From Candidatus Binatia bacterium (GTDB taxonomy: Bacteria; Desulfobacterota; Binatia; UBA9968; CAXXLF01): DNA of 64,000 nt. The DNA lies in NCBI GenBank assembly GCA_963664015.2, contig CAXXLF010000002.1:2144001-2208000 (forward strand). Direction: 5' to 3'. Made by a program: the position numbers and the translations under genes. Of the stretch, positions 40,796 through 51,028 are shown piece by piece. Every line of letters begins with the position of its first letter. Within the stretch, counting starts at the first letter, position 1. The notes under the pieces were generated by a model. The model was not told the origin of the DNA, did no database searches, and saw nothing but the letters and a program-made list of their open reading frames with translations.

Positions 40796-42211
40796 TTGCG
40801 CCGAACCAAGATTATATGCACGATGGGTCCCTCCATTGAGTCCACAGAGCGGCTGCGTGAGGTTATACGGGCCGGTGCCGATGTATTCAGGCTCAATTAT
40901 TCTCACGAATCGCCGGAAAAGCACGCGACCGCAGCCCGTAACATTCGCGCTGTAGCCACCGAGTTCGGAAGACCAGTGGCGATCCTGCAGGACCTGCCGG
41001 GACCCAAAATCCGATTGGGCAATTTTGTCGGAGGTAGGGTCACCCTGCATCCCGGTGATTTGTTTACACTCACGACCAAAAGCATTCAGGGAAATCAGGA
41101 GCGAGCATCGGTCAATTATCCAAAGCTCGCCGAGGAATTGGAAGCGGGGCAAACCCTTCTCCTTGCCGATGGTAGTGTCGAGCTCAAAATCGAATCGGTT
41201 TCAAAACAAGAGCTTCACTGTCGTGTCCTCACAGGCGGCATCCTCAGCAGCCGCAAAGGGGTGAACGTGCCGCGGGGGGCTCTGACCGTGGGAGCTTTCA
41301 CTAAACAGGATAGACAGCACCTGTTGGCGGGTTTGGATGTGGGTGTCGATATCACAGCCCTTTCCTTTGTTCGTTCCCCGGCGGATGTCCAATCGGCCCG
41401 TAAATTTCTTAAAAAACACAACGCGGGCCATCCCCTCATGGCGAAGATTGAAAAGCCGGAGGCCGTGGATGTCCTCGATGAAATCATTGCCGAGGTCGAT
41501 GCCCTGATGGTGGCTCGGGGCGATCTGGGTGTGGAGATCCCTGTGGCTGACGTGCCATTGGTCCAGAAAGAGATTATCGCCAAGTCTATTGAGGCGGCTA
41601 AACCGGTGGTGACCGCAACCCAGATGCTGCGCTCTATGGTGGAGAACCCGAGGCCGACCCGTGCCGAGGCCGCCGATGTTGCCAACGCCGTCTTCGACGG
41701 AACTGACGCATTGATGCTTTCAGAGGAGACCGCTGTGGGTGCCTATCCGGTGGAGGCAGTTCGGACCATGGCTCAAATCGCCGAGAGGGTCGAACAGCAT
41801 CTCTTCATCCAGCGCCCCTTTACCAGTCTCCCGCCGCCGAAGCCGGGAAACCTATCGGAGGCGGTCGGCCATGCCGCGTGCCTGCTTGCCTACAGCTCGG
41901 GAGCTCAGGCCATCATCTGCTGTACCCGGGAGGGGCGGAGTGCTCGGTTGGTTGCCAAACACCGTCCTACGATTCCTATTATTGCGGTTAGTCCAAACGA
42001 GGAGACCGTACACGTTTTGATGCTAACGTGGGGAGTTTATCCCATCCAATCTCCCGAGTTCAAGTCTTTGGAGGCCATGATCAAGTCTGGTTTGGAGCTG
42101 GCTCGCTCGGCGGGTCTCGTTTCAGCGGGAAGGCCCGTGGTCGTGGTCGGGAGTACCATGTCCGACCGGCCCCGACACATGGACTTCCTGCGTGTTACCT
42201 TCCTCCCTTAA
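40796..42211 (+). CDS. pyk: pyruvate kinase
   Basis: RRTKIICTMGP, RLNYSH, DLPGPKIR, AKIEK, MVARGDLG, TQML. Confidence 0.97.
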   Translation: MRRTKIICTMGPSIESTERLREVIRAGADVFRLNYSHESPEKHATAARNIRAVATEFGRPVAILQDLPGPKIRLGNFVGGRVTLHPGDLFTLTTKSIQGNQERASVNYPKLAEELEAGQTLLLADGSVELKIESVSKQELHCRVLTGGILSSRKGVNVPRGALTVGAFTKQDRQHLLAGLDVGVDITALSFVRSPADVQSARKFLKKHNAGHPLMAKIEKPEAVDVLDEIIAEVDALMVARGDLGVEIPVADVPLVQKEIIAKSIEAAKPVVTATQMLRSMVENPRPTRAEAADVANAVFDGTDALMLSEETAVGAYPVEAVRTMAQIAERVEQHLFIQRPFTSLPPPKPGNLSEAVGHAACLLAYSSGAQAIICCTREGRSARLVAKHRPTIPIIAVSPNEETVHVLMLTWGVYPIQSPEFKSLEAMIKSGLELARSAGLVSAGRPVVVVGSTMSDRPRHMDFLRVTFLP

Positions 42212-42304
42212 CCGATGCCAAACGCCACTGGGGTTCCAACCGAAAGTTCATCCACTGGAACCGGCAAAGGGCCAGTACTCTTTTGTCGCTTGGCATGATC
42301 TCGA

Positions 42305-44893
42305 GTGCATAGTATAGGTTCCCACATCACGAGAGCGGCAACGGGGGCATCCTTGCAAGAAAGCACGAAACCTTCTGGGGGTTCCCTGGGAACCTTTGCG
42401 GGCGTCTTCACCCCGAGCATCCTGACGATCCTGGGGATTATTCTCTTCAGGCGACTGGGATACGTGGTGGGCAGTGTGGGCCTGTTCCAGACGTTGCTGA
42501 TCATCACTTTATCCAGTGTCATCTCGATTCTCACGAGCGTTTCACTCTCTGCTATAGCGACGAACCTTAAGGTTCGGGGTGGGGGGTCTTACTATCTAAT
42601 CTCCCGTACACTTGGGGCCGAATTTGGCGGCGCCATTGGCATTGTCCTTTTTTTGGCCCAGTCTGTCTCAATTGCCTTCTACTGCATCGGTTTCGCCGAG
42701 ACGGTCAGCGGGCTTTGGACGGAAACCCATAGTCCGGTCTTGACTCAGTTGATTGCGGTTGGAGCAGTCTTTTTTCTGCTTGTTTTTGCCTGGTTGGGTA
42801 CCGATTGGGCGACCCGGCTTCAGTTCGTCGTTATGACGATCCTAGCGGCGGCTCTGCTCTCATTTTTCGCTGGGGGGTATATCGCCCACGAGCCTATGCT
42901 GCTCAAACAGAACTGGCCCCCACCGGCGGCGGTCGCTGACTTCTGGGTCCTTTTTGCCATCTTTTTCCCGGCGGTGACCGGTTTTACCCAAGGGGTCAGT
43001 ATGTCCGGTGACTTGAAAGATCCCGGGCGAAGCATCCAGGTGGGGACGTTTACCGCTGTGGGAATTTCCATCGCCATCTATCTTGGTGCGGCCCTTGTCC
43101 TAGCTGCGACCCTACCCGCTGATGTCCTGACCGGGGATTACGGAGCTATGAGGCAAGTTTCCGTTATTGGCTGGCTCGTTGAAGCCGGTGTGATTGCGGC
43201 AACCCTGTCGTCGGCCATGGCCTTTTTTCTAGGCGCGCCTCGTATCCTCCAGTCCATTGCGCGGGACCGTATCTTTCCCATCCTTCTGCCCCTCGCTCAG
43301 GGAGCGGGGCCCACGGATAACCCCCGGCGCGCGGTCTTGCTCGCTGCCACAATTGCCCTCGTAACGATCGGGCTGGGGCAACTCAACCTCATCGCGCTTG
43401 TCGTGTCAATGTTTTTTCTGACCTCCTACGGTCTGCTCAATTACGCAACTTATTATGAGGCGAGAGCGGCGAGCCCATGGTTCCGACCGCGCTTTCGTCT
43501 GTTTAACAAACATCTCAGCTTGCTCGGAGCGATCGTCTGTATATTCGCCATGTTCGCCATCGACCCCTGGTCCAGTGCCATTGCACTGGCGATCCTTTTT
43601 GCCGTCCATCAATACCTTAGACGCACGGCGGGACCGGCGCGCTGGGCCGACAGTCGCCGCTCTTATCATATGCAGCTAATTCGGGAAAATCTCCTGGCAA
43701 TCAGTGACGAGCCGGAACACCCAAGGGACTGGCGCCCCTGCATCCTGGCCTTCTGTGATGATCGGTCGGGGCGGGCCCGGCTTCTTTCATTTGCTTCCTG
43801 GATTGAAGGTGGCAGCGGCTTCACGACCGCTGTCCAGGTCGTTGCGGGGGAAGGACAGAAAGGCCTTCAGTTACGGGATAAAACTGAAAGGGAGCTGCTG
43901 GACACCATTGAAAAAGACCGGTTGGGTGTCTTTGCCCGCGTGCTAGTTGCCCCGGAATTCGGTGGCGGGGTTGAGAGTCTGCTTCAATCCTTCGGCATCG
44001 GAGTGATCCGAGCCAATATGGTTCTTCTGAACAGTGTCGAACAAATCAGGGGAGCCGAGGATAATCAAGGACAGGTCCGTTATGGTCTCCAGCTCCAGGA
44101 GGCCCTTCGCCTCGGTTGCAATGTCGTGGTCCTGGATGCTCGTAACGATGAGTGGGCGCGCCTCGAAAGCTTGGAGTCCTGGGAACGGCGGATCGATGTG
44201 TGGTGGTGGGGTGATAAGACGAGCCAACTCATGCTCCTTCTGGCCTATCTGATGACTCGAACCGATTCGTGGAGTGGGGCTAAGATTCGCGTGCTCGCTC
44301 CGACATCGGAAGAGGGACGAGAGAAGACCCTTGAGAAAATCCAGGAAACGCTTGAGGATGTACGTATTGCCGCGGAGCTAGAGGAGGTTCTGAACGTCGA
44401 TCCGGATGTGGTTGTCGAAAATTCCAGCTCTGCCGCCATGGTATTTTTGCCCCTTCACTTCAGGGAGTCCCAGCTTTTTCATCCCAGCAAGGTCAAGCTG
44501 GATGCGCTGCTCGGCCGGTTGCCTGTGGTTGCATTGGTACTTGCGGGGCGGGATATCGACATCGGGTCCGAACCCGACGAGGGAGAAGTGGCAGAGCGCA
44601 CGGCGGCCGTCGACACCGTAAAAGATACGGAAATGGAGACGCGGGCGGCAGAGGAAGAGGCGGCCAAACTCGCCGAAGCGGTCAAGCACAGGTCAATGAA
44701 ATTAAAGGAAGCGGAAGGGTCCAGCAGTGAGGAAAAAATCAACAAAGCGCGCTCGGCCCTGCGGGATGCGGAAAAACTCGCGGCCGAGGCCCGGAAAAAG
44801 CTGCAAGAAGCCCGGGCAAAGGCCCAAGAGGCTCTCCGCGTGGCAAAAACCCTAGGGATTAAGCCTGAGGCACCTCAAGACGAAAAACCATAG
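42305..44893 (+). CDS. cation-chloride cotransporter (SLC12/APC family)
   Basis: LGTFAGVFTPSILTILG, GGSYYLISR.LG.EFGG, FFPAVTG, SGDLKDP, DWRP, RIDVWW; Ala/Glu/Lys-rich tail. Confidence 0.9.
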   Translation: MHSIGSHITRAATGASLQESTKPSGGSLGTFAGVFTPSILTILGIILFRRLGYVVGSVGLFQTLLIITLSSVISILTSVSLSAIATNLKVRGGGSYYLISRTLGAEFGGAIGIVLFLAQSVSIAFYCIGFAETVSGLWTETHSPVLTQLIAVGAVFFLLVFAWLGTDWATRLQFVVMTILAAALLSFFAGGYIAHEPMLLKQNWPPPAAVADFWVLFAIFFPAVTGFTQGVSMSGDLKDPGRSIQVGTFTAVGISIAIYLGAALVLAATLPADVLTGDYGAMRQVSVIGWLVEAGVIAATLSSAMAFFLGAPRILQSIARDRIFPILLPLAQGAGPTDNPRRAVLLAATIALVTIGLGQLNLIALVVSMFFLTSYGLLNYATYYEARAASPWFRPRFRLFNKHLSLLGAIVCIFAMFAIDPWSSAIALAILFAVHQYLRRTAGPARWADSRRSYHMQLIRENLLAISDEPEHPRDWRPCILAFCDDRSGRARLLSFASWIEGGSGFTTAVQVVAGEGQKGLQLRDKTERELLDTIEKDRLGVFARVLVAPEFGGGVESLLQSFGIGVIRANMVLLNSVEQIRGAEDNQGQVRYGLQLQEALRLGCNVVVLDARNDEWARLESLESWERRIDVWWWGDKTSQLMLLLAYLMTRTDSWSGAKIRVLAPTSEEGREKTLEKIQETLEDVRIAAELEEVLNVDPDVVVENSSSAAMVFLPLHFRESQLFHPSKVKLDALLGRLPVVALVLAGRDIDIGSEPDEGEVAERTAAVDTVKDTEMETRAAEEEAAKLAEAVKHRSMKLKEAEGSSSEEKINKARSALRDAEKLAAEARKKLQEARAKAQEALRVAKTLGIKPEAPQDEKP

Positions 44894-44948
44894 CTCGGGA
44901 AATTCCAGCTTATATATCAATCATTTATCTTTTGATGCCTTTGTCGAT

Positions 44949-46235
44949 TCAAGTGCCTTCCGGTTTTCTATCGATTCGCACGAGGCGGATACTGAAGCGT
45001 TCCATCTGCTCGACCGTCAGATTGTATTCATTGACTTGGATGGTTTCCCCCGGCTTAGGAATGCGCTCGAATTGTACGATCAACAAAAGACCGAGGGTTT
45101 TTCTTTTATCTTCTTCTTTCTCTCCATCGCCCGGCCGTCCCAGCCAAACCCCGGCGGCTTCCTCCAGGGAGTGCAAAGGAACGCTTCCGCTGGCACTCCA
45201 CGACTTTGGGCCACGCTTGACGATTTCCCGCGTCTCGTCATAGTCGGTTTCGTCGCGAATCTCGCCCATAATTTCTTCGAGTAAATCTTCCATCGTGAGC
45301 AACCCCACCACCGTACCGTGCTCATCGACGACCAACCCAAGGTGAGTCTGTTTCCACCGAAACTCATAATAAAGCTTTTTAACCGGCTGGGTGATGGGAA
45401 CCACGACAATCGGTTGGAGTTTTAATTGGTGCAGCTTTTTATTGTTTTGGTCACCTTCCAAAGACCATTTAGCAATTTCCCTCAGAGTTGCCAGTCCCAC
45501 CGGGTTGTCGATCTCGCCGTGGTAAACGGGGTGACGAGAGTGCAAGCCTTCTTTAATCATTAGTTCCAAGGTCTCTCTGACGGTTTTTTCGTCGTCCACC
45601 GCACAGATCTTTGACCGCGGAGTCATGACTTCTTCCACCAGCGTGTTGCTGAATCGGATCATCTTATCAATGAGCTCCGTCTCCGAAGCTCCAATGGCCC
45701 CCTCCCTGGTGCTCAAATCGACCATGGCCCGCAACTCTTCCTCGGATCTCCCTTTCTCTTCTTTGGATTCCAATCCAAAGATTTTGTGAATTGTCCAAAT
45801 GAGCAATTCCAAAAGCCAAGTCAAAGGCAGGAGCACCTTTTGAAGTGTGATCAAGGGGTAGCCGGAAAGCAGAGCGATGGATTCGGCATACCTGTGGGAA
45901 AAGGTCTTTGGAATGATCTCGCCGAAGATCAAGATGGCCAGCGTCAACAGTCCGGTTACATAGGCGATGATTAGGTTCCCGAAAATTTCCGTTGCTACCA
46001 CGGTAGCGAAAACCGAGGCCCGATATTCACCACGTTATTGCCGATCAAAATAGTGATCAATAATCGTTGGGGGTTCTCCTTGAGCCGATCTACGGTACCT
46101 GAGCCTTTTCTTCTGTTCTTGACCAGGGATCGGACTTGTACGGGGTGGAGGGAGATCAATGCGGTTTCCGCCCCGGAAAAAACCGGAAAGTAAAAGCAGT
46201 AGGGGCAGGATAAAGAGATCCGTCAGATTTTCCAT
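44949..46235 (-). pseudogene. CNNM/CBS/CorC (HlyC-family) protein with a frameshifted N-terminus
   Basis: MENLTD..SGFF/GAETAL..ILIGNNVVN split by frameshifts ~46180 and ~46020; FGEIIPK, VMTPR, VDEHG, EDLLEEI. Confidence 0.82.
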
Positions 46236-46518
46236 GTTAAGCGTACTTGAATATCCACGTTTGCACTGGAATAGGGCATGGGCTCCTCTTGAAAGTATGG
46301 TATTTCCCAACCCGTTTGGCAATGTGTTTTTATAAGAAGAGCTCTTCGCAAGCCCTGGAGGAGGGGCGGGGCGTGGTCCAGGTAATGCGAGCCGATACGT
46401 TTTGGGTGGGGTTCTATCCCATTGCAAATCCTAAATATGCAGGGTATTTTCAGTCGTCGGTGGTAACATACCAATCGAATCCAAAGATGGTTTTGAGTGA
46501 TCAACGACTGGGGAGTTT

Positions 46519-47317
46519 ATGAAGCGTATCTTTCTCTTTCTTGCAACGAACATTGCGGTCCTAATTGTACTTAGCATCGTCCTGAGCCTACTTGGTGTTG
46601 AGAGTATCCTGGACGAACAAGGAGTGGATCTTGACCTGACCAGCTTACTGATTTTCTCTTTGATCTTCGGGATGGGGGCTCCTTTATCTCGTTGGCGATC
46701 TACAAATGGACCGCCAAGCGGTTTACCGGTGCGCAGGTGATCGAGCAGCCTTCCAACGATGCCGAAAGGTGGCTTGTCGAGACGGTTCGCCAGCAGGCCA
46801 AGGCCGCCGACATCGGTATGCCGGAAGTAGCGGTCTTTGACTCACCGGACATGAACGCATTCGCCACGGGGGCGCGTCGCAACAAGGCGCTTGTAGCAGT
46901 GAGCTCGGGGCTCCTGCCGAACATGGGGCGCGGGGAGGTGGAGGCGGTTCTGGGGCACGAAGTTAGCCACGTCGCTAACGGCGACATGATTACCTTGGCT
47001 CTCATCCAGGGCGTCGTCAACACGTTCGTTATATTTCTCACACGAGTAATCGGGCATATAGTCGACAGAGTCGTTTTTAAAACCGAACGTGGCCACGGGC
47101 CGGCATTTTGGATTACGTCTATGGTGGCCCAGCTGGTGCTGGGAGTCCTGGCGAGCGTGATCGTCTTTTGGTTCTCGCGACGGCGCGAGTTCCGTGCGTA
47201 TATCGGTGGCGTGCGCCCTTGGCATTTCCGGCAAAGTACGCCGCGGGGTGATGAGGCTTTTTATGACGCACCCCCCCCCTGGATGAGCGCATCGCGGCTC
47301 TGAAATCCCAGGCATAA
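46519..47317 (+). pseudogene. htpX: protease HtpX, frameshifted with an internal deletion
   Basis: MKRIFLFLATN; frameshift at the G-run ~46675; NAFATG, HEVSH, SRRREF; THPPLDERI in another frame after a gap. Confidence 0.88.
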
Positions 47318-47575
47318 CACTCAGGCACAATACTTGGATCGCTGGCTTATTAGTTTCGAAGTCAGGCCCGCGTCTTCACAGGTGACAGATATCAAGTGCG
47401 CGTCCTGATACACTTGCGCCTGGGGTCGCCAAGCTGCTCTGTGACGAAATATTTTTTCGAATGGGTCTTCCTTGAACGGAGGCCAATGGCAATCGGTCCA
47501 GGAGCCTTTTGGTGGAGTCGATAAAGGAATCGAAAAGGACCGTTTAAGAGGTACGCAAACTAGGAGGATTAAATC

Positions 47576-48526
47576 ATGTTTGGAATATCGATGTCGGAGA
47601 TCATACCGACGCTTTTGGATAACGCATTGATACTTGGGTATAGGATTCTCAGTGTCGCGATGACCGTTGTCGTGGGTTTGATTGTGCTGCATTCTCTGCG
47701 CGTGGCTATTGGCCATCTGGAGACTATGCTCATCCGTTCAGGGGAGAAAAAGGAAGACGTCCCCGGATCTAGCCGAAAACGGATGACGACCCTGACCGGT
47801 GTGCTGCAAACCATCTCCGTGGGAGTCGTGTGGAGCGTTGTGATTGTAATTTCCTTGGCTCAGCTAGGTCTCAACATCGGACCGATTCTAGCAGGCGCTG
47901 GAATCATTGGCTTGGCCGTTGGTTTCGGAGCCCAGAACCTTGTCCGGGACGTGATCAGCGGTTTTTTTATTATCCTGGAAAATCAGATTCGAATTGGGGA
48001 TGTAGCGATCATTAATGGTACCGGAGGCCTGGTCGAGGCCGTTAGCTTCAGGACCGTGGTTCTGCGTGACCTTTCAGCGACCGTGCATGTTTTCCCCAAT
48101 GGGACCATCAACACCCTGGCGAATATGACCATGGGGTGGTCGGCTTACGTTATCGATATGGGAGTAGCCTACAAAGAAGACACGGATCGGGTGGTGGGGG
48201 TGATGCAGCAGGTCGACGAAGAGATGAGAGCGGACCCCAAGTACGGACCCTCCATGCTGGAGCCTATCGAGATCATGGGTGTCGATAAATTCGCTGACTC
48301 TGCCGTGGTGATCAAGGTCCGGCTCAAGACCCGACCGATTCGCCAATGGTTCGTGGGCCGTGAGTATAATCGGAGAATCAAAATGGCCTTCGACGCTGCC
48401 GGGATTGAGATACCGTTCCCGCACCGGACCCTATACATGGGCGAGGCGAGTCAGCCGTTCGACGTGCTGCTTAATGAAGCAACCAAAGAATCGCTGAGGC
48501 CGGAAGGTGACAGGGAAAGGATATAA
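47576..48526 (+). CDS. small-conductance mechanosensitive channel (YbiO-like)
   Basis: AGAGIIGLAVGFGAQNLVRD, PNG, GIEIPFP. Confidence 0.93.
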   Translation: MFGISMSEIIPTLLDNALILGYRILSVAMTVVVGLIVLHSLRVAIGHLETMLIRSGEKKEDVPGSSRKRMTTLTGVLQTISVGVVWSVVIVISLAQLGLNIGPILAGAGIIGLAVGFGAQNLVRDVISGFFIILENQIRIGDVAIINGTGGLVEAVSFRTVVLRDLSATVHVFPNGTINTLANMTMGWSAYVIDMGVAYKEDTDRVVGVMQQVDEEMRADPKYGPSMLEPIEIMGVDKFADSAVVIKVRLKTRPIRQWFVGREYNRRIKMAFDAAGIEIPFPHRTLYMGEASQPFDVLLNEATKESLRPEGDRERI

Positions 48527-48599
48527 GGACAGTACGGTACGAGTCATCTTGACTTAAATCGGGCAGGTGAAATCGCTCACGGATGCTAGGGCATTCTTT

Positions 48600-49085
48600 T
48601 CATTTATGTATTGATTGTTTGATAATTCCAACCAGCACCGCTGGTTCTTGACCAACATCTACCACAAGGACGCCTCCGGGCTCTTCCAGGGTATCAAACT
48701 GACTTTTGAGGAGGCCCGCTTTCATGTAATGGCCGCTCCGTTCTTTGAGCCTCTGCTCGATGAGGTCATAATTCCCCTTGAGGTAAATGAAATAAATGTC
48801 CTCGACGCCCTTCTCCAATTCGTCTCGATAGGTTTGCTTGAGAGCCGAGCATGCGATGGCCGCATCCTGTGACTGGCTAACGAGGCTGTTGATGAGCCCC
48901 CGTAGCGAATGAAGCCACTGCTCCCTGTCGCCGTCGGTTAAAGGAATTCCCTTTTCCATCTTTTCAATGTTGGCTTTGGGATGAAACTCGTCTCCTTCGT
49001 GAAAAGACCAGCCCAACTCATTCGCGAGCAATTTCCCAATGGTGGTCTTGCCGGCTCCCGAGACACCCATAAGGATGATGATCAT
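48600..49085 (-). CDS. gntK: gluconokinase
   Basis: MGVSGAGKTT, GDEFHP..N..KM..G.PL.D.DR, ACSALK, SQFDTLEEP. Confidence 0.93.
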   Translation of the reverse strand: MIIILMGVSGAGKTTIGKLLANELGWSFHEGDEFHPKANIEKMEKGIPLTDGDREQWLHSLRGLINSLVSQSQDAAIACSALKQTYRDELEKGVEDIYFIYLKGNYDLIEQRLKERSGHYMKAGLLKSQFDTLEEPGGVLVVDVGQEPAVLVGIIKQSIHK

Positions 49086-49127
49086 ACTTTACCTCACCGC
49101 TTGCCGTAAGAACTGGAAACTTCGCCG

Positions 49128-49771
49128 TTACAGCGGTCTCACGATGGCCCGGGCGGGGGCACCGTCGGCTCCTTCGAGTCGTAGGGGAAGACAAATGAGT
49201 TCGTAGGCACCGGGCGCCACGTGGCCAGATTCAGCCCCTCGATAATCCATATGCCGGCTTTGAGAAGAGCGAGATGGATCTTTATTCCATTACTCATCCC
49301 TCCCACCGAGAGGTAATCGATACCCACCGTTCGGATGCGGCGCTCAGCGAGAAACTCGGCGGCCTGCTTGGGAATGGAAACAAAGTTTTCAACGAAACAA
49401 TCCGTTTCCCAGCAGCGGTGAGAGTTTCTTGTCTTGAAGAGGACCCTCTCACCGCTTTGGATATTGTGGGGTTCTAGCTCCGATGGCTTGATCGATTCGG
49501 GGTCCCGGATCTCGATAACCCGAGCCATCCCGATAGTAGCCTCTATGGGCATCGTGTTGACGCCCTTCTCGCTGCGGATAAAGTGCACAGGCGCGTCCAT
49601 GTGGGTCCCCGTATGAGCGCCCATGGATATCCTCGACACAGTGACTCGGTTACCTTGTTCCATATCCGATACACACTCAATGCGGATGGGAGGATCGTCC
49701 GGCCAGTGCACCATGCTGTTTCTCACGGGAACCGATATGTCAATCCAACCGGAAGTTTTAGCTTTAGCCAT
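49128..49771 (-). pseudogene. cyclase family (kynurenine formamidase-like) metallohydrolase with a frameshift near the C-terminus
   Basis: HTGTHMDAP, GIDYLS, IIEGL; one base missing ~49224, then YELICLPLRLEGADGAPARA in another frame. Confidence 0.85.
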
Positions 49772-49924
49772 AGTTTTTCTTCTGGAAACCTTTAGATTAC
49801 CCGGAACCACTAAACCGGCCTGTCACTGTACGCGAGGGATTGACGGAATTTGCATTGTGGTCCCGCCCATCATTCCGCCTTGTGCCAAGGCAAGGTAACC
49901 GTCCTCTAAGAAGAATCGGAAAAA

Positions 49925-50923
49925 TTAAAGTCGTTGTGCGAAGTGAGCGGCTCCCAGTAGCGCGGTTTGAGGATTCAAAGAGACCTTGATCTCCATGCTT
50001 TTCACAAGCGGAGAAAATCGTCCCTTGTCGCCGAAACTCTGTAAGAATCCACCACGCTCAAGGGCAGGGAGGATCTTTGGTGCAATACCGCCTCCCACGT
50101 AGACTCCACCGACCGCCAGACACTTGAGAGCCAGGTTCCCCGCCTCGGCACCGTAAATCGAAGAAAATAGATCCAGGGTCTTTGTGCAGAGGGGCTCCTC
50201 TCCTGCGATCCCCAGTTGGCCAATCGTGGCACTGGGGTCTCCGCTTTCCAGTCTCTCCGCGAGCCAGGGAGGTTCTACACCGTGACCCGCGTCGCGTAAA
50301 AAGTGATAGACGTTCAGTAGCCCAGGCCCCGATAGGATTCTCTCGTAGCTGACACGCCCCTTTAGTTTACTGCGAAGGTAACGCAGCAACTCAATCTCCA
50401 GATCCGTACGGGGGGCGAAGTCCGAATGGCCTCCTTCCGAGGCTGAGGGGTGCACCTGACTCCCGTCCCAGAAAAGCATCGCCTCACCAAGGCCGGTACC
50501 GGCGGCAATCACCGCGACGTTTCCCTTCCGCTCTTGTCCAGCCGGGTTCAATCTCTTGAACTCTTTGGCGTTCAAGAACAGCATGCCATAGGCCGTGGCC
50601 TCAAGATCGTTCAAGAGCTTGACTCGTTTGATTTCTAGGGTCTTTGCCAGGAGCTTTTCATCGAGCTCCCAATGTAGATTGGTCATACGGGCCTGGCCGT
50701 CGATGACCGCTCCCGCCACACCAAAGCAACCGGTGCTCACAGCGGAAGCGCGCTCATCTTTAAGGAAAAGCTTCAGGATCTGCTGAAAGGTCGTGTGCTC
50801 TCGGTTGGCAAATGTCGCATCGCGAGCGCGGGTAAGGGTCTTTCCCTTTTGCTTGAACAGGGCGAGAACGGTCTTGGTCCCGCCTATATCGCCGGCGAGT
50901 ATCATGGAAGTGAGAATCCCCAA
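49925..50923 (-). CDS. glk: glucokinase
   Basis: AGDIGGTKT, LNDLEA, GTGLG, SEGGH, ERILSG, GGIAP. Confidence 0.95.
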   Translation of the reverse strand: MGILTSMILAGDIGGTKTVLALFKQKGKTLTRARDATFANREHTTFQQILKLFLKDERASAVSTGCFGVAGAVIDGQARMTNLHWELDEKLLAKTLEIKRVKLLNDLEATAYGMLFLNAKEFKRLNPAGQERKGNVAVIAAGTGLGEAMLFWDGSQVHPSASEGGHSDFAPRTDLEIELLRYLRSKLKGRVSYERILSGPGLLNVYHFLRDAGHGVEPPWLAERLESGDPSATIGQLGIAGEEPLCTKTLDLFSSIYGAEAGNLALKCLAVGGVYVGGGIAPKILPALERGGFLQSFGDKGRFSPLVKSMEIKVSLNPQTALLGAAHFAQRL

Positions 50924-51028
50924 TCAGTGTGCCGATATTTCAGGGTTATTTTATAGGCCTCAAGGTGCATAAGAGCCCTCATTATAGTGTCTTTATCTTG
51001 AAGGACAAGACTGTCGATCATGCACATC

